Source of the DNA: Oopsacas minuta
Taxonomy: Eukaryota; Animalia; Porifera
Assembly (NCBI GenBank): GCA_024704765.1
Contig: JAKMXF010000332.1
Span: 1,047,080-1,111,079 of the forward strand
DNA: 64,000 bases
Direction of reading: 5' to 3'
Shown: in pieces, positions 59,516-64,000 of the stretch
How the letters are laid out: every line of letters starts with the position of its first letter
Position numbering within the stretch: position 1 is the stretch's first letter
Translations under genes and position numbers: made by a program
Notes under the pieces: model-generated
Seen by the model: only the letters and a program-made list of their open reading frames with translations
What the model was told of the DNA's origin: nothing
Databases searched by the model: none

Positions 59516-61478
59516 TATATACACACACACACATCTATGCTATTCAAACGCAATTAATCTGTTTATATGTACATATATCTACACTAACCGAGTATAATTA
59601 TTTCAACACAACTAAATGTACAAATAGTTATCCTGGCTATACGGTGGATATTTAAATCCATTCTATAATATTCCTGAAAGAACTATATGACTATGTTCAT
59701 TTAAATTGTCCTCACTAAATATATGAAAATTAGTGTAATTTGATATTTTATAGCCACACTTTGCTAATTAAATAGATAATAAGCTAACTACATATTTAAT
59801 TCATAATTACACATGACTCAAATGAGATGGAACAATTCTGATAGCATCTTTAATTTCTACGGATCTGTGTTACAACAGTTTGAACATTTCGAAAGTGTCC
59901 AGTAAATCTTATTGACTTATAATCATTTTCATATTTGTACTACAAGTGACATATGTGGAACATGTCAAATGTGATTGCGCCACTTCATATGTTAATACAA
60001 TTTCACAATAATCGCCCTATTTTCAACTATACAAATATTTGCAGCCTGTTTACAGAATCTCAAATGATTTCATGCCGTATTCAAGTGATGTGCCACTTCT
60101 GCCACATGTGGCACAAATCATAGTATGCTAAAAGTCAACGAGAGCTGCCAATTATTAATGTCATACTTCTCGTGTGAATGTGCCATTATCCGGGATAATC
60201 TGGGAATCCAATTCTTGTAGGTAGTATCTACTGACATTAGCGCAACTAAGTTCATGAGTCAGGGTGGGTAAAGGTGACCTTATGCCCACCCGCCCTAAAT
60301 TTTTAGTATTGCGGCGGAGTAAAATCTGGTTGGACATATGCCCACCCAAAATCGTCCTAGTTGCATCAATGTATACGTATCGTATATTAGTACTAAACAA
60401 CAATACTTGTAGGCACAACTATATGCAAACGTGTTTCTTCACGATGTTCACTTATATACAGTATATTTCTACGAGTTTCCTTCTAACAAATTTCTGCAAC
60501 TTATCTTGAAACTGAATTCACGTTCATTGCATGATATTTTCCGGAAAGATACCAAATCTGACAACATTTTAATGAAAATATCTGGGTTATAACGATAACC
60601 GAGTGTTTTATACTTGAAATTACAAAAATGACTTTCTATTCAGCTGTATGATAATAAACGGGATCCAATGTACTGATGGTGTAATATGTAAATATGTTTA
60701 ATGGTAAATTCATAAATTTTCCTTTTTCGTACTTTGCTTAATTCAATGGAAGCCCAAGTCCAATGCGAACACGAAGGGTGCGCAGCGCCAGCAACCGAAC
60801 CGCGATCGTGTCTATAAATTGTGAGGTATGCTATTTTGTGGTATTGAACTTTTGGATCATCCAAAATTATCCGGGTAATTTCTACAATCCATATACTCTT
60901 AATTTTAGTATCAACTGCTCTAATGTATGAAACTTTTCAAATTAATTATTATGTGAATCTTGAAATGTTATCTGATTGAGATGACATCGTTGCTAATGTG
61001 TGTAGGTATTTACAATTTCTCTTAAATTTGGATAATATTCTAAATGTTTACCCACTATAGATTCCTATAAGCTAAATTCCTTGCTGAATATATGCTATCA
61101 TCAGTATCTTCCTACTAATTCCATAATGAAGGATCAGAAAAACTTACTTTAATTCGTTATTGAGACTTCCTTAATGCCTCTTATTTAATGGCGGATATTT
61201 CTAGACAAGGGGAATTTGCATTCAATGAAGACTTAATTCCACAAAGTGTGACACAATGCGGAACTAGACATGATCCATAAACATATTTGATTGCATTCTT
61301 TGGATTCATGATTTGAATTTGTAGGAAATAGTGACAGTATCTAATACCCATATACATCCAAATTACGGCATCAGAAGTAAGTTTTATTCTACCTCAAATT
61401 CCCATGTCTTTATACGCTTAATAACAATTATATGGAATAAGATAATTTTGTTATTGATATATTTACATATATTGATTA

Positions 61479-63636
61479 CACTGCTCAACAATTTTTTTAA
61501 TTTTTTGTTGCATAAGATTTTTTAACTGATTCTATATAATTTTGGGATGCTGATTTCAAATCTGAAATCAGTTTCTTTCTGCATGCTCTAGTTTTCATGC
61601 AATCGACAATTTAAACTTTTTTGTTTGTGGTACTTATTTAGTAAATAATTCTGATCTCCACCAAATACTTTTTTATCTATCAAGCCATTTTTCTTTTTGT
61701 ATGCATCATCTGGATCCATTGTGAACATTTGTTAGTCATAGCTGAATGATGAGCACGTGGTAAATGAGTATTTTGCAAGCCTGATTACTCAACAGGTTTT
61801 CAAAGTTAAGGCTATTTGTTTGTGCTTTGTCATCCTAGTATACCATCAGCTATGCGACCTGTCCCGCACTCTGATAGACTTCCTCCTACGGTCTTTAGTG
61901 GTTTTGCTTTTCCTGATGATGACGAAACTGAATTGGAAAGGGAAGAGATCGTAGAAATGGAATATCAAAAAATAGACACAGAATCAGGATCTGAAGACTC
62001 TTCTTGTGAAACCAGAGTAACTGTTCACCAGCAGTTTAATCAATCAGAACTGAATGACTTAGTACGTGATTTAGATCTGCCCAAACAAGCAGCTGAGCTC
62101 TTAGCTTCTACGCTCAAAGAAAAACAGGTGCTGGATCGAACTGTAAAGGTTTCCTTTTTTCGAAAAAGAGAAGAACTCCTTCTACCCTATTTTTCAGTGG
62201 AAAATAAGCTGGTATATTGCAACGATATTCCTGGTCTTCTCGGACAACTGGGTATCTCCTCATATGATCCAGGAGAATGACGATTGTTTATGGACAGTTC
62301 CAAGCGCAGCCTCAAGTGTGTTCTTTACACAATGGAAATGTTTATGGAGCTGTTCCAGTTGGTCACTCCACTGTCTTGAAGGAACAGCATGATGATATTA
62401 GAATTGTTATAGATTTACTCGGATATCATGATCACAACTGGATCATTTGTGTTGACCTCAAAATGGTTAGTTTTCTGCTAGTCAGCAAAAGGATACACTA
62501 AATTTCCATGTTATCTGTGCATGTGGGACAGCAGAGCACGTGAAAACATTGGACACAGAAGGAGTGGCCCTTACGTGAAACATTTCAAGCTGGCATGCTT
62601 AACGTAACACACGACCCGATCGTATGCAGAGACAAAATTGTTTTTCCGCCCCTGCACATCAAGCTAGGCCTCATGAAACTGTTCGTTAAAGCCCTAAATC
62701 CTGACAATGAATCCTTTCATCATCTTGTGTATACTTTCCCTGCTTTGTCATATGATAAAATCAAAGCAGGAGTGTTTGATGGACCACAGATACGTACACT
62801 TATTCGCGACAAAAACTTCATTCAGAAAATGAATGTCAAGGGGAAAGCTGCATGGCTATCTTTTGTGGATGTTATACAGAACTTTCTTGGTAACAGAATG
62901 GCTCCAAACTATGAAATGCTTGTATCCGAGATGCTCTCAGGGTTTCGTGATTTAGGATGCAACATGAGCATAAAAGTACATTTTCTGTACAGCCACCTGG
63001 ACAAATTCCCTGAAAACCTTGGGGCTGTCAGTGACGAGCAGGGAGAGCGTTTCCACCAGGATCTCATGACGGTGGAAGAACGCTACCAAGGTCGATGTGA
63101 TCGACATAAGATGGCAGACTATTGTTGGGGCATTAAACGTGATTGTGCTCACAAAGCGTACAAATGCAGAAGTTATAAGAGGAAATTTTGTCCAGAGTTG
63201 TTGAATATTTGAATCTTTTGCATCTTGTCATTGATCGCTTTAAGTTACTATTGTAGATTACCATCCTTCTTTTCTATGTCAGTTTGTAAAAAGTCAATGT
63301 TTTTACATGCATATTACCAGCAAAACTATTGTTTTGTACATTTTTTAAACATTTGTTTCTTATCTGTCTACAAATACAATTCTATTGGCAACATAAAAGT
63401 TTTTCGGCACCTAATTTTGTTTTGAGGCTAGTTATTCAACTGTAAGCAGAACATCATTTGACAAATCATATCACTTTTTCAAAAATTTGAATTTTGTGCA
63501 AAAAAATTAAACATCTCGATTTGCAAAAAATCTAGAGCTTGCAGAAAAAAACTAAGTTCGGATTCGGAATCAGCGCCCCAAATTTAGGTATAAACAAGTG
63601 TTGGTGGAAATGCAACAAAATTTTTGTTGAGCAGTG
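61479..63636 (+). mobile_element. Chapaev3 (CMC) transposon, defective
   Basis: TIR CACTGCTCAACAA with ~130 bp of imperfect subterminal similarity. 3-bp TSD TTA at 61476-61478 and 63637-63639. Confidence 0.9.
61816..63212 (+). pseudogene. Chapaev3 transposase, frameshifted and probably 5'-deleted
   Basis: PSAMRPVPHS, FNQSELNDLVRDL, RLFMDSSKRSLK, ICVDLKMV, PPLHIKLGLMK, GVFDGPQIR and SDEQGERFHQD..RYQGR. Confidence 0.88.
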
Positions 63637-64000
63637 TTATTGAGCCGTATATTCACAAGCATTTGTGCGAATCCCTCTATCATCATTAGATCCTTATTGT
63701 AGGAGGTATCTTAAAACGTGGAATAATTTCCACTCTACTTTAACATCATTTCCAGAAAGAAGATAGTGTCACTTGATGCTGAGTCATACCGTCCATTTGC
63801 TTTAATCACTGATCCTGAAATTAGAACTTATTCCGCAGAAATTATATTACCTAGAATCGCGGACACCACATGAGGACTTCCAGATCTAGACTTGGCTTCT
63901 TTCGATTCCTAGACTGAGAGCTTTTGACTTAGTCTACGTATCAAATACATCGTTTCACTTTGATTCTTCAAACGTAATCAAAGACATTTTCTTAAATGTT

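Noticed and set aside
2375-61525. Numerous 60-110 aa ORFs in the ORF track
   Set aside because: Most are antisense or off-frame shadows of transposases, or random ORFs in AT-rich DNA, with no recognisable motifs.
63740-63870. Non-LTR reverse transcriptase remnant (SYRPFAL)
   Set aside because: A single short motif with no further RT motifs; too weak to call.

Overview
This is an AT-rich eukaryotic (invertebrate animal-like; species not determinable) window dominated by DNA transposons, many of them nested. One host gene is recognisable: a divergent SRRT/ARS2 (SERRATE) on the + strand. Its exons at 13878-14115, 41091-41709 and 48689-49114 are phase-compatible, the first intron is a ~27 kb GC-AG intron full of transposons, and its 3' part was not located. 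Elements whose ends I could read directly: hAT 2558-5047 (8-bp TSD); three Tc1 elements; a RAG1-like Transib 20267-26988 with CACAGTG heptamer ends and a 5-bp TSD, interrupted by a THAP/P element 20739-24135 (7-bp TSD); an apparently intact hATm-like element 29128-32324 (370-bp TIRs, 720-aa ORF); a second decayed RAG1-like Transib 34472-37380; Chapaev3 61479-63636; and several MITEs. Further remnants are a MULE, a mariner and a second THAP/P. The most notable observations are the RAG1-like elements, which carry a nonamer-binding-domain-like region, RSS-like termini and no RAG2-like gene, and an NRF1/EWG-like DNA-binding-domain pseudogene that only appears after removing a Tc1 insertion and a 52-nt intron. 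All family assignments rest on motif recognition by eye, with no database searches. No rRNA, tRNA or CRISPR array was seen.
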